A stretch of 32,000 nt of DNA, taken from assembly GCF_000025505.1 (NCBI RefSeq), contig NC_013849.1, positions 1,560,001 through 1,592,000 on the forward strand, in the 5' to 3' direction. A model generated the notes under the pieces. That model worked only from the letters and a program-made list of their open reading frames with translations. It searched no databases and was not told the DNA's origin. This DNA is from Ferroglobus placidus DSM 10642. Its GTDB lineage: Archaea; Halobacteriota; Archaeoglobi; Archaeoglobales; Archaeoglobaceae. The position numbers were made by a program, and so were the translations under genes. Positions 1 through 8,119 of the stretch are shown here, piece by piece; position 1 is the stretch's first letter, and each line of letters starts with the position of its first letter.

Positions 1-362
1 TTAACGCCAACTTCATCTTTCGCTTTTGAGATGTCCTCCATTATTCTTTCAAGCTTCTCGATTTCAAAGCCTTCTTGGACTATCAAACTCAAACTCATAT
101 AGCTCGGCTTAGCTCCGACAACAGCAAGATCGTTGGCTGTGCCGCAAACAGCTAATGATCCGATGCTCCCTCCCCTAAACAGCGGAGGCTTGACGGTGTA
201 GCTGTCAGTGGTGAGAACGAAGTTTTCGGAAAAATCTGCGGAATCCTCCATGTCTTCGAGGGCTATTTCTCCAGCTTTCGACGAGATTTTTGGGAATACG
301 TACTTCTTCAAAAATTCTGACATGTATTTTCCACCGGCTCCGTCCTCCCTCCTGACGATCAT
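1..362 (-). CDS. hypE: [NiFe]-hydrogenase maturation protein HypE, N-terminal part (gene runs off the left window edge)
   Basis: Absent from the ORF track because the window truncates it. My reverse-strand translation from ATG 362..360 gives MIVRREDGAGGKYMSEFLKKYVFPKISSKAGEIALEDMEDSADFSENFVLTTDSYTVKPPLFRGGSIGSLAVCGTANDLAVVGAKPSYMSLSLIVQEGFEIEKL... This is the characteristic HypE block (TDSY.V.P.F.GG.IG.LAVCGTAND.AV.GA.P). The start overlaps the hypF stop as ATGA (359-362). Confidence 0.85.
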   Translation of the reverse strand, partial: MIVRREDGAGGKYMSEFLKKYVFPKISSKAGEIALEDMEDSADFSENFVLTTDSYTVKPPLFRGGSIGSLAVCGTANDLAVVGAKPSYMSLSLIVQEGFEIEKLERIMEDISKAKDEVGV

Positions 363-2596
363 TCTATCACCTTCAAAGCGTAAACTTGCCCGAGAGAAAT
401 CCCGTTGTCTCCGCACGCAACGAGCTCGTTCGTATAAAAATTTCTTCCTATCTCCTTCTGAAAGATAGAATTGTAAGCTACGCCTCCCGAAACTATGAGG
501 GGAGCTTCAAATTCCGAGGCTATTTCGCTCAAGCCTCTTGCGAGGTAACTCATAATTTGATACGCTATTTTTCCCCTTCTCTCTCCGCTCAGATACCTTT
601 TCAAAGCGTCTTCGAAAACTTCTCCTATTTTCAGAACTTTAACTTCTCCTCTCCTCCCTCTTCCGTCGAAAGGCGACGAAAATTTTGAGATTTCCCAAGA
701 GGTTTCTATAATCGGATCGTAGTAATTCTCGCTTTCTTCAGCTACCGCTTCGAGCTTCATAGCCGGCTCACCTTCGTAGGTTCTTTCAAAACAGATTTCG
801 AGCATCGCTGAAGCAGCGTCGAGAACTCTTCCGGCTGATGACGCTTCGACGACTCCGATCCTCTTTTTCAAAAGCTCCTCGAAAGTCTCGAAGCTCTCCC
901 CTTTCTTCAAATACTTCTCGTAATATTTTAGTTCCTCCCAGCTGCCGGTTTGAGAGTAAATTATCGAGAAGAGAACTCTGAGGGGTCTTTCGACAGCCAA
1001 GTCTCCTCCGAGGAGATGGATCGTTTCGAGCCTACCGACCCTTTCGAACTCCATTGAGTCGAGGTTTATGTAGAGAACTTCTCCACCCCATATTTTTCCG
1101 TCCATCCCGTAACCTACTCCATCAACAGCAATAGCGATTGCCTCATCAATCTTCTTCTCAGCCATAACGCTGAAGGCGTGAGCGAAGTGGTGCTGAACTT
1201 TCAAAACCTCCGCTCCTATCTCCTCTCCAAACTTTTCGGCGAAGATGGAGGTGTTGTACAGTGGGTGCATGTCAGCTACTACAAATTCCGGCTTAAGGTC
1301 GAGGTAGTTTTTGAAGTGGAACAACGCTCTTTTGAAAAATTCGTTGAAGGTTTTGAAGTTCGCGGTGTTGCCGATGTACTGACTCATAACGGCTTTTCCT
1401 TCCTTTAAAAAGCAGAGGGAGTTGTAAAGCTCTGCTCCAACAGCAACAGCTTCGGATTTGATGTCCAGCTCAATAGGTTCTGGAACGAATCCGCGAGATC
1501 TTCTTATGATCATTCTTCTCCCGTTGACGAACTTCACGACGCTGTCGTCAACTCTGTTCGCTATCCTCATGTTGTGATTCAAAAAAGCGTCGTAGGGAAC
1601 TTTAAGCTCTTCGAAACTCGTCGCCATCGGCTCGCTGGGGAAGTTCGCAGAGGTCATAACAACGGCTTCAGCTTTTAAAAATTTGAAGAGAATGTAGTGC
1701 AAAGGTGTGTAGGGCAGCATTATCCCTATCGTATCGAGCTTTGGAGCCACAGCCTCAAGATCAACCCTCTTTTTACACACCAAAATCGGTCTTCTGAAAC
1801 TTTTAAGTTCTTCAATCTCCTCTTCGCTCAGCTCAGCAAGATTCTTTGCGGCTTCAATGTCTCTAACCATCACAGCAAACGGTTGCTGAGGGCGACGAAG
1901 TATCTTCCTAAGCTTCCAGACGATCTCGTTTTCGGTTAGGCAGGAGAGGTGTATTCCACCTATCCCTTTTATCGCAACGAAACTTCCGGAGTCTATCATT
2001 CTAGCCGCTTCTTTTACCGCTTCAACTCCGAAAACTCCCTTCGGCAAAAGCTCGTAGTTAGGACCGCAAGCTGGACAAGCTATGGACTGAGCGTAAAACC
2101 TTCTATCATCGGGATTTTCGTATTCTCTTCTGCAGTCCTCGCAAAGGGGGAATTCTGCGAGAGTAGTATTTTCCCTGTCGAAAGGCAGCCTTTCGGAGAC
2201 TGAAAACCTCTGACCGCAGGAAGTGCAAGTTGTGAATGGATAGAGATATCTTCTGTCCTTTTCGTCGAAAACCTCCTTCAGGCAGTCTTCGCATACGGCT
2301 ATATCTGGCGGAGGTAAGCTTAAAATTCCGGTCTTCCCTCCGCTTTCTATAATTTTAAAATCGTCGAAGAAGCCCTCGAACTTCTCAATTCTTATGTTTT
2401 CGATTTTTGCTCTATCCGGAATCTCCTTTTTAAGCCTTTCAACGAATTCTTCAACCTCTCTGTCAATGACTATCTCTACCGTCCCGTCTCCGCAGTTTTT
2501 CACGTATCCTCTTAACTTCATTTCCTTCGCGAGCCTGTAAACGAACGGACGAAAGCCCACTCCCTGCACAACTCCCGAAACGATTATCCTGAACAC
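359..2596 (-). CDS. hypF: Carbamoyltransferase HypF ([NiFe]-hydrogenase maturation)
   Basis: 745-aa ORF with a GTG start at 2596. It has an N-terminal acylphosphatase-like domain (VQGVGFRPFVYRLA). Two zinc-finger pairs follow (CEDCLKE...CTSCGQRF and CEDCRREY...CPACGPNY). A YrdC-like domain and a C-terminal Kae1-like domain complete the protein. Confidence 0.95.
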   Translation of the reverse strand: MFRIIVSGVVQGVGFRPFVYRLAKEMKLRGYVKNCGDGTVEIVIDREVEEFVERLKKEIPDRAKIENIRIEKFEGFFDDFKIIESGGKTGILSLPPPDIAVCEDCLKEVFDEKDRRYLYPFTTCTSCGQRFSVSERLPFDRENTTLAEFPLCEDCRREYENPDDRRFYAQSIACPACGPNYELLPKGVFGVEAVKEAARMIDSGSFVAIKGIGGIHLSCLTENEIVWKLRKILRRPQQPFAVMVRDIEAAKNLAELSEEEIEELKSFRRPILVCKKRVDLEAVAPKLDTIGIMLPYTPLHYILFKFLKAEAVVMTSANFPSEPMATSFEELKVPYDAFLNHNMRIANRVDDSVVKFVNGRRMIIRRSRGFVPEPIELDIKSEAVAVGAELYNSLCFLKEGKAVMSQYIGNTANFKTFNEFFKRALFHFKNYLDLKPEFVVADMHPLYNTSIFAEKFGEEIGAEVLKVQHHFAHAFSVMAEKKIDEAIAIAVDGVGYGMDGKIWGGEVLYINLDSMEFERVGRLETIHLLGGDLAVERPLRVLFSIIYSQTGSWEELKYYEKYLKKGESFETFEELLKKRIGVVEASSAGRVLDAASAMLEICFERTYEGEPAMKLEAVAEESENYYDPIIETSWEISKFSSPFDGRGRRGEVKVLKIGEVFEDALKRYLSGERRGKIAYQIMSYLARGLSEIASEFEAPLIVSGGVAYNSIFQKEIGRNFYTNELVACGDNGISLGQVYALKVIE

Positions 2597-2616
2597 AGTT
2601 TGCTGAATAGATAAGG

Positions 2617-2627
2617 TTATATTTAAA
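2617..2627. promoter_or_regulatory. Shared AT-rich TATA element (TTATATTTAAA) in the 47-bp hypF/hypA divergent intergenic region
   Basis: This is the only AT-rich box between hypF GTG (2596) and hypA GTG (2644). TTATAT is centred about 25 nt upstream of hypA. Its complement TTTAAATAT is centred about 27 nt upstream of hypF. That is the classical archaeal TATA-to-start spacing and implies two leaderless transcripts. Confidence 0.4.
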
Positions 2628-2643
2628 GGTAGTTACTGAATTT

Positions 2644-2991
2644 GTGCACGAGTTCAGCTACGCACAAGCTTTAGTTGAAAACGCTTTGAGAATAGCGGAA
2701 AGCAAAAAGGCTAAGAAGGTGAAAAAAGTCGTTGTGGAAATCGGTTCTCTTCTTCTGATAAATCCCGAACAGCTGAGGTTTTGCTATGAGGTGATAACGA
2801 AAAATACTATCCTTGATGGGAGCGAGCTTGAAATAATAAACAGCGAAGCTCTTTTAATTTGCGAGAGTTGTGGGAGAAAATACAAGGAACTTACTTCTGT
2901 GTGCGAGTGCGGAGGGTTTTTAAAAGTGGAAAGTGGGGACGAATTCGTGCTCAGAAGAATTGTCATGGAGGTGGAGGATGCACAGAATTGA
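2644..2991 (+). CDS. hypA: Hydrogenase nickel incorporation protein HypA
   Basis: 115 aa, GTG start. The N-terminal MHE tripeptide is the HypA nickel-binding N-terminus. Zinc site CESCG...CECGG is present. Confidence 0.93.
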   Translation: MHEFSYAQALVENALRIAESKKAKKVKKVVVEIGSLLLINPEQLRFCYEVITKNTILDGSELEIINSEALLICESCGRKYKELTSVCECGGFLKVESGDEFVLRRIVMEVEDAQN

Positions 2992-3637
2992 AGTTGAAGC
3001 TGAAGTGGATTTGCTGGCGGAAAACAAAAGACTGGCTGAGGAAAACAGGAAATTTTTCAAAGAGAAAGGTATTCTGGCTGTTAACATAATGGGAGCGATA
3101 GGGTCTGGAAAGACCCTGCTGATAGAGAAAACTATCGAGAGACTAAACGATCTTAAAGTGGGGGCAATTCTTGGTGATGTTGTTTGCAAGGCTGATTACG
3201 AAAGAGTTAGCAGGCACGGAATTAAGGCTGAGGCTATAAACACGGGAAAGGAGTGCCACCTCGACGCCCACCTCGTTCATCACAAAATTCGAAAGTTCGA
3301 GGACGTCGATATTTTGCTGATAGAAAACGTGGGCAACCTTATCTGTCCGGTTGATTTCGATCTCGGAGAGGACTTGAGGGTCGTGATGGTAAGCGTTACC
3401 GAGGGAGACGATGTCGTAGAAAAGCATCCGAAGATTTTTACGATAGCCGATGTCGTTATAATAAACAAGGTCAGGCTTGCAGAGTTCGTCGGGGCTGACG
3501 TAGAGAAAATGAAGAGGGACGTCGAAAAGCTTAATTCGAGAGCGAAGCTCATTTTAATGGATTTGAAAGAAGGAATCGGCTTGGAAGAGTGGATTAACTA
3601 CTTAAGGGATGAGTATGTGTCTCGCAATTCCGGCTAA
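2978..3637 (+). CDS. hypB: Hydrogenase nickel incorporation GTPase HypB
   Basis: P-loop GAIGSGKT, the ENVGNLICP motif, and NKVRL in place of the NKxD box. I chose ATG 2978 (MHRIEVEAEVDLLAENKRLAEENR), which follows GGAGGTGGAGG, over the track's 2933 start. The 2933 start would add 15 residues read through the hypA 3' end. Confidence 0.9.
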   Translation: MHRIEVEAEVDLLAENKRLAEENRKFFKEKGILAVNIMGAIGSGKTLLIEKTIERLNDLKVGAILGDVVCKADYERVSRHGIKAEAINTGKECHLDAHLVHHKIRKFEDVDILLIENVGNLICPVDFDLGEDLRVVMVSVTEGDDVVEKHPKIFTIADVVIINKVRLAEFVGADVEKMKRDVEKLNSRAKLILMDLKEGIGLEEWINYLRDEYVSRNSG

Positions 3638-3830
3638 AGTTCTCGAAATCGATTATCCCTTCGCCACCGTCAGCTTGGGAGGAGCGAAGAGGAAGGTAAG
3701 GGTCGATCTTCTCGAAGAAGTTAAGCCGGGGGATTACGTCCTCGTTCACGTAGGCTTAGCGATTCAGAAGGTTAGCGAGGAAGAAGTCAGGGAGATTGAG
3801 AGGCTATGGGAGGAGTTGTTGAGAGAATAG
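3615..3830 (+). CDS. hypC: Hydrogenase assembly chaperone HypC
   Basis: HypC family members begin MC(L/I)(A/G)IP with an essential Cys2. The internal ATG at 3615 gives MCLAIPAKVLEI. The track start at 3609 adds MS. Confidence 0.9.
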   Translation: MCLAIPAKVLEIDYPFATVSLGGAKRKVRVDLLEEVKPGDYVLVHVGLAIQKVSEEEVREIERLWEELLRE

Positions 3831-4867
3831 TCCAAAAAATCAGGGAAGAGAGCAAAGAATTCGAGGAAGTTAAGATAATGCACCTCTGCGGAACCCACGA
3901 GGACACGGTATCGAGGTATAATATAAGAAGTCTGCTGCCGGAAAACGTTAAGCTTTTAGCCGGTCCGGGTTGTCCGGTTTGCATAATTCCAGACGAGGAT
4001 CTGCAAAAAGTTTTCCACCTTTTAGAGAAAGAAGACGTAATCTTAACGACTTTTGGCGACATGGCGAGAGTTCCTTTTGAGGGGAAGAGCCTTTTCCACT
4101 ACAGAGCGAAAGGGAAGGACGTAAGAATAGTTTACAGCGTTTTCGATGCATTGGAAATTGCGAAAAACGAAAGTAAGAATGTTGTTTTCTTCGCAATTGG
4201 ATTCGAGACGACAATGCCTTCCACAGCAGTCGCTGTTAAAGAAGCTCCCGAGAACTTCTTTATATTTTCAGCCCACCGCTTCTTCGTTCCGGCTATGGAG
4301 GCTTTAATGCCGAACAGCGAAATCGACGGCTACATAAACCCCGGACACGTTTCCACGATAGTCGGTGTAGTGGCTTACGAAAATTTAACGAAGTACGGAA
4401 TTCCAATGGTGATCTCCGGATTTGAGCCGGAAGACGTTCTTCTGTCGATTCTGATGCTGTTAAAAGCGATTAAAAACAGAGAACCCCTGCTCATGAACGA
4501 GTACGTTAGAGCAGTTAAATACGAGGGAAACGTGAAAGCCAAGGAAGTAATGAAAGAAGTTTTCGAAGCTGAAGACGGATCTTGGAGAGGTTTGGGCGTA
4601 ATTCCTAATTCAAAAGCCTCCCTTTCAAAAGCTTACGAGGATAGAGATGCGGAAAAGTTTTTCGAAGACGTTTTCGAGGACTTCGTTCCTAAGGAAGATA
4701 AGAGAAAGAGAAATTGCCTCTGCGGAGAGATTTTAAAGGGAAAAGCGTTTCCAACGGACTGCAAGCTCTTCATGAAGGCTTGCACGCCGAGAGATCCGAT
4801 AGGTTCTTGCATGGTCAGCTTCGAAGGAACCTGCAACATCTGGGCTAAGTACGGTAAAAGCTTATAA
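3806..4867 (+). CDS. hypD: Hydrogenase maturation Fe-S protein HypD
   Basis: 353 aa with the CGTHE, GPGCPVC, GFETT and PGHVS motifs typical of HypD. It overlaps the hypC 3' end by 25 nt. Confidence 0.93.
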   Translation: MGGVVERIVQKIREESKEFEEVKIMHLCGTHEDTVSRYNIRSLLPENVKLLAGPGCPVCIIPDEDLQKVFHLLEKEDVILTTFGDMARVPFEGKSLFHYRAKGKDVRIVYSVFDALEIAKNESKNVVFFAIGFETTMPSTAVAVKEAPENFFIFSAHRFFVPAMEALMPNSEIDGYINPGHVSTIVGVVAYENLTKYGIPMVISGFEPEDVLLSILMLLKAIKNREPLLMNEYVRAVKYEGNVKAKEVMKEVFEAEDGSWRGLGVIPNSKASLSKAYEDRDAEKFFEDVFEDFVPKEDKRKRNCLCGEILKGKAFPTDCKLFMKACTPRDPIGSCMVSFEGTCNIWAKYGKSL

Positions 4868-4901
4868 ATTTAGCCCACTAATTTTAGCTGAGGTAAGGAT
4901 C

Positions 4902-6059
4902 ATGAAGTTCTTTGCCATTGGCGTCGGACAGGCTGGAGGAAAAATTCTGGATAAATTCGTTGAGAACGAGAAATTGAGAGGCAGTAACACATTAAGAACT
5001 CTCGCCGTAAATACCGCAAGAACGGATTTAATGGGCTTAAAACACATTCCGATGAAAGACAGAATTCTGATTGGACAGACGACTGTGAAAGGGCATGGAG
5101 TTGGGACCGACAACAAGCTCGGAGCGAAGGTAATGCAGGAGGAAGTTGAGACCATTTTGAACGCTATAGATGAGAGAGGGACTCACGAAATCGACGCCTT
5201 TTTGATAATTGCCGGGCTTGGAGGAGGAACTGGAAGCGGAGGAGCTCCTGTTTTGGCGAAGTACCTTTCGGAAATGTACTCCGAGCCAGTTTATGCGGTT
5301 GGCGTCCTTCCCGCTCAGGAGGAGGGAAAACTTTACTCGTTAAATGCAGCGAGAAGCATGATAACATTGCTGAAATACGTGGACAACTTAATTCTCGTGG
5401 ACAACGGAGCTTGGAAGTTCGAGGGGTTGAGTTTGAGGGAGAGCTTTGAAAAGATAAACGAAGAGATCGTAAAAAGATTGGCTGTTTTGGCAAGGGCTGG
5501 GGAGCCAGTTGAAGAGGGCTTGGTAGGAGAAATGGTCGTCGACAGCTCCGAAGTAATAAACACACTAAAGGGTGGAGGAATTTCGTCGATAGGATACGCA
5601 ACTCTCGCTATTGAGGAGAAGAAAAGTGGATTACTCGGTTTTCTCAGGAAAAAGAAGGAGATCGTCGATGAAGGAGAGAAATCAATGAAGATAGCGACTC
5701 TCGTGAGAAAGGCAGCCCTCGGCAGGTTGACAATTCCGTGCAACATAAGAAGTGCGGAAAGAGCTTTAGTGCTCGTAGCAGGACCGCCCGAGCATCTCGA
5801 CAGAAAGGGGCTCGAAAAAGCCAAGCTGTGGCTTGAGGAGCAAATTGCCGGAGTTGAGGTTAGGGCTGGAGATTATCCGACGAGGAGAACGAAACACGTA
5901 GCTGCTCTCGTCGTTCTGGCTAACGTCACGGACGTTCCGCGAGTTAAAGAGTTGCAGAGGCTCGCTGCTGAGGCAAAAGAAGAAGTGGAAGTGGCTGAGA
6001 GGGAAAGGATTGAAAAGACGATTGAGCTGTTCGACGAGGACATAGAGCCGTTGCTTTAA
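4902..6059 (+). CDS. cetZ: Tubulin/FtsZ-superfamily GTPase, CetZ-like
   Basis: 385 aa. It carries GVGQAGGKI and the tubulin signature GLGGGTGSG. The acidic C-terminal tail and overall layout fit archaeal CetZ rather than FtsZ1/2. GAGGTAAGG lies upstream of the ATG. Confidence 0.8.
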   Translation: MKFFAIGVGQAGGKILDKFVENEKLRGSNTLRTLAVNTARTDLMGLKHIPMKDRILIGQTTVKGHGVGTDNKLGAKVMQEEVETILNAIDERGTHEIDAFLIIAGLGGGTGSGGAPVLAKYLSEMYSEPVYAVGVLPAQEEGKLYSLNAARSMITLLKYVDNLILVDNGAWKFEGLSLRESFEKINEEIVKRLAVLARAGEPVEEGLVGEMVVDSSEVINTLKGGGISSIGYATLAIEEKKSGLLGFLRKKKEIVDEGEKSMKIATLVRKAALGRLTIPCNIRSAERALVLVAGPPEHLDRKGLEKAKLWLEEQIAGVEVRAGDYPTRRTKHVAALVVLANVTDVPRVKELQRLAAEAKEEVEVAERERIEKTIELFDEDIEPLL

Positions 6060-6091
6060 CTTTTATTTTCGACAATATCGAATGCGTTTAG

Positions 6092-6687
6092 GTGAATTCG
6101 CAGAAACTCTTGCCGTTTGCTGTAATTTTTTTGGTCCTGAGCGCATTCTTGAACTACTACCCTCACCCACCTTTTCCTTCCTACTGCAGTTACACGGTCA
6201 GAATTTCTGCTGATGATAACACAACTTTAAAGCTCTACCTACCCTTGCCTGCGGACGAAAAAGGTGAAATCGTTCTTGAGAGGGAAAGTAAGTCGAGAAC
6301 TTTTCCCGACTCTTCCGATATTTTCAACTTCCTGAACAACGGGAGAATTGCTGAAACTGAAAAAGGTGCGATGTTGAGCTTTCGGATCCGTTTAACAATT
6401 CAATCGTGCTTAAACCGGCTGAAAGCGTAACGAAAACATTTGACGGCAGGGATCTGAGCGGGAACAGGGTGAGAATGTGGGATTATTACACGTGGGTTTA
6501 CAGGAAAAGCGATTCAAATCTGACTTTAGAATTCTACTACCAAGCCAGCACACCCTACAGCACGTGGAGAAGCCTACTCGGCTTCATTTTGCAGAACGGT
6601 CACTATGAAATAGAAGGAAAAGCGAAAATTCCGAAGGGAAATGGCTGGGTCAAAGTAAAACTGATGGTTAGGTCAGAGGAGTGGTAA
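6092..6687 (+). pseudogene. Hypothetical N-terminally membrane-anchored or secreted protein, split by a frameshift into two ORFs (6092-6430 and 6361/6406-6687)
   Basis: ORF A has an N-terminal hydrophobic helix (LLPFAVIFLVLSAFL). ORF B is in the -1 frame, is open from 6361 and overlaps ORF A by 70 nt. Its text is protein-like before the nominal GTG (DVELSDPFNNSIVLKPAESVT...). An A5 run at 6360-6364 sits exactly where the second frame opens. Confidence 0.4.
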
Positions 6688-6717
6688 TTAAGAAGTAAAT
6701 ACTATCAACTGTAAAGC

Positions 6718-6725
6718 TTTAAATA
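6718..6725 (+). promoter_or_regulatory. TATA-like box (TTTAAATA) for vapBC
   Basis: Centred about 26 nt upstream of the vapB ATG (6747), consistent with a leaderless transcript. Confidence 0.4.
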
Positions 6726-6746
6726 CATTTTTACGGTCATAAGTAT

Positions 6747-6974
6747 ATGGGGAATGTAAAAACGAGCTTTATTCTGCCGAGGGATCTGTATTCGGAACTG
6801 AAGAAGAGGGCGGCTGAAGAGGGGAGGACAGTAAAGGAAATCGTGATAGAAGCCATCTTGAGTTACCTGTCCTCTTCGGGCAAAAAATCGAGAATCAAAG
6901 AGCTTATCCTTAAACCTTCTGAGGGTGCGGGACCTGAAGATATGAGGGAGTTTCGGGGAGAAGACGTTGACTAA
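6747..6974 (+). CDS. vapB: Ribbon-helix-helix (CopG/VapB-type) antitoxin
   Basis: 75 aa. The N-terminal pattern KTSFILPRDLYSELKKRAAEEGRTVKEIVIEAI is a typical RHH beta-strand plus two helices. It overlaps the downstream PIN gene by 8 nt. Confidence 0.7.
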   Translation: MGNVKTSFILPRDLYSELKKRAAEEGRTVKEIVIEAILSYLSSSGKKSRIKELILKPSEGAGPEDMREFRGEDVD

Positions 6975-7446
6975 AGCTTTCGTCGACACGGAAATCTGGA
7001 ACTTGGCGAAGAAAAAACCAGTGAGAGAGAAATTTAATTCCGAGTTGGAATATAAAAAGGCTTTAAAGATTCACGAGGCTTGCAGGAAGTTCTTCGAAGA
7101 GGACTTCGAGAAGTTGAAAGTTTACATGAGCCTGCATCAAATTGCCGAAATATTCCACGTCTTAGCTTTCAGAGGTCACAAAATTCCGCTAGATGAAGCG
7201 ATTGCGATTGTAGAGAGCATATTAGACGACGATAACATAGTAAAAGTCCCCGTACTTGCGGAACATCTTAAGGAAGCGTTCGAGGAGAGTAAAGAGACGG
7301 GCATTCACGTATGGGACTTTCTCTGCTTCATCCCCCTGAAAAATTACGTTGACGTAATCTATACCCTCGACAAGCATTTCGTAACGATCGGCAAAAGATA
7401 TGGCGTTGAAGTCGTGAACCCCGCTCGGGAATGGTTGAGAATTTAG
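6967..7446 (+). CDS. vapC: PIN-domain ribonuclease toxin (VapC-like)
   Basis: 159 aa, TTG start. Four acidic residues lie at PIN-like positions: FVDTEIW, QIAEIF, VWDFLC, YTLDKHF. The gene is paired with an upstream RHH gene. Confidence 0.65.
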   Translation: MTKAFVDTEIWNLAKKKPVREKFNSELEYKKALKIHEACRKFFEEDFEKLKVYMSLHQIAEIFHVLAFRGHKIPLDEAIAIVESILDDDNIVKVPVLAEHLKEAFEESKETGIHVWDFLCFIPLKNYVDVIYTLDKHFVTIGKRYGVEVVNPAREWLRI

Positions 7447-7760
7447 TGGAAATTCGATTTTTCTTCGAAGCATCTTAGCAGCAACTTTACACTTGTAAAT
7501 TGATTTATTGAGGAGATAATCCTTTATCTTCGATTCGAAGCCATCTTGTTTCCTCTTCGTCGACTTAACGACTGGCAAAGCCTTTCCAAACGATTTCGTT
7601 CAGAACTTTTTTGGAGTCGAAAGCTCCATCTGCTAAGGTAAATCCTCTCTTCCGGAATTCTTTCAACAAATTCCTCTTCTGAGTTCTTTATATCAACAAG
7701 AACAGGATATAACTTTCTCCAACCCTAACGCAGACGAAGAGTTCGCTTTTTGTTTCAGCT
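7447..7760 (-). pseudogene. Decayed DDE transposase (IS remnant) with frameshifts and stops
   Basis: Reverse-strand translation gives fragments in three different frames. They are VDIKNSEEEFVERIPEE, then EFRKRGFTLADGAFDSKKVLNEIVWKGFASR* (the ADGAFDS block at 7616-7633 resembles the second-Asp region of IS4/IS5-type DDE transposases), then LPVVKSTKRKQDGFESKIKDYLLNKSIYKCKVAAKMLRRK (7578 downward). The next ~330 bp (7760-8088) contain only short stop-riddled frames. Confidence 0.45.
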
Positions 7761-8088
7761 TGATAATTTTGTAGAGCCCATTACTGTGTAGAGGCGCTCA
7801 ATTTAGCTCAAAACCAGTTTAGGTCTTTGAAAACTTCTTCTCTCAGATTTAAATGCTTTATTTCCCGTAATTGAGCATGGATTTCGGAAGTTATAGCTTC
7901 AGAGACTTTTTCACAAAAATTCAGAAGAGCGGAGGCTACAATTGAAATATTCCTTCAGAATTTTCGCTTTAATTTACAAGCTCGGGTATCTTTTCAGCAT
8001 CCTCGGTTCAAACCTCAACTCTGCAAACTTCTACGAGTTCTTAGCTGAATTAACAATATTAAGTTAAGTTTTGAAAAACTACCCCAAA

Positions 8089-8097
8089 TTTATTATA
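8089..8097 (+). promoter_or_regulatory. TATA-like box (TTTATTATA) for tgtA-arcS
   Basis: Centred 27 nt upstream of the tgtA ATG at 8120, consistent with a leaderless transcript. Confidence 0.45.
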
Positions 8098-8119
8098 CCC
8101 TCCTTTTTAAATTCAGCTG

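Noticed and set aside
208-688. Plus-strand ORFs 208-468 and 386-688.
   Set aside because: They are antisense to hypE and hypF, whose frames are well supported.
5164-5824. Minus-strand ORFs of 145 aa and 163 aa inside cetZ.
   Set aside because: They are antisense to a frame with canonical tubulin/FtsZ motifs and show no motifs of their own.
4868-6059. A functional link between cetZ and the adjacent hyp operon.
   Set aside because: The only evidence is same-strand adjacency with a 34-nt gap. I see no biological rationale and the promoter evidence is unclear. I treat it as coincidental.
7222-7578. The 118-aa minus-strand ORF taken as an intact gene.
   Set aside because: Only its first ~44 codons (7447-7578) look like a transposase C-terminal fragment. 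The remainder is antisense read-through into vapC. I treat it as part of the IS remnant.
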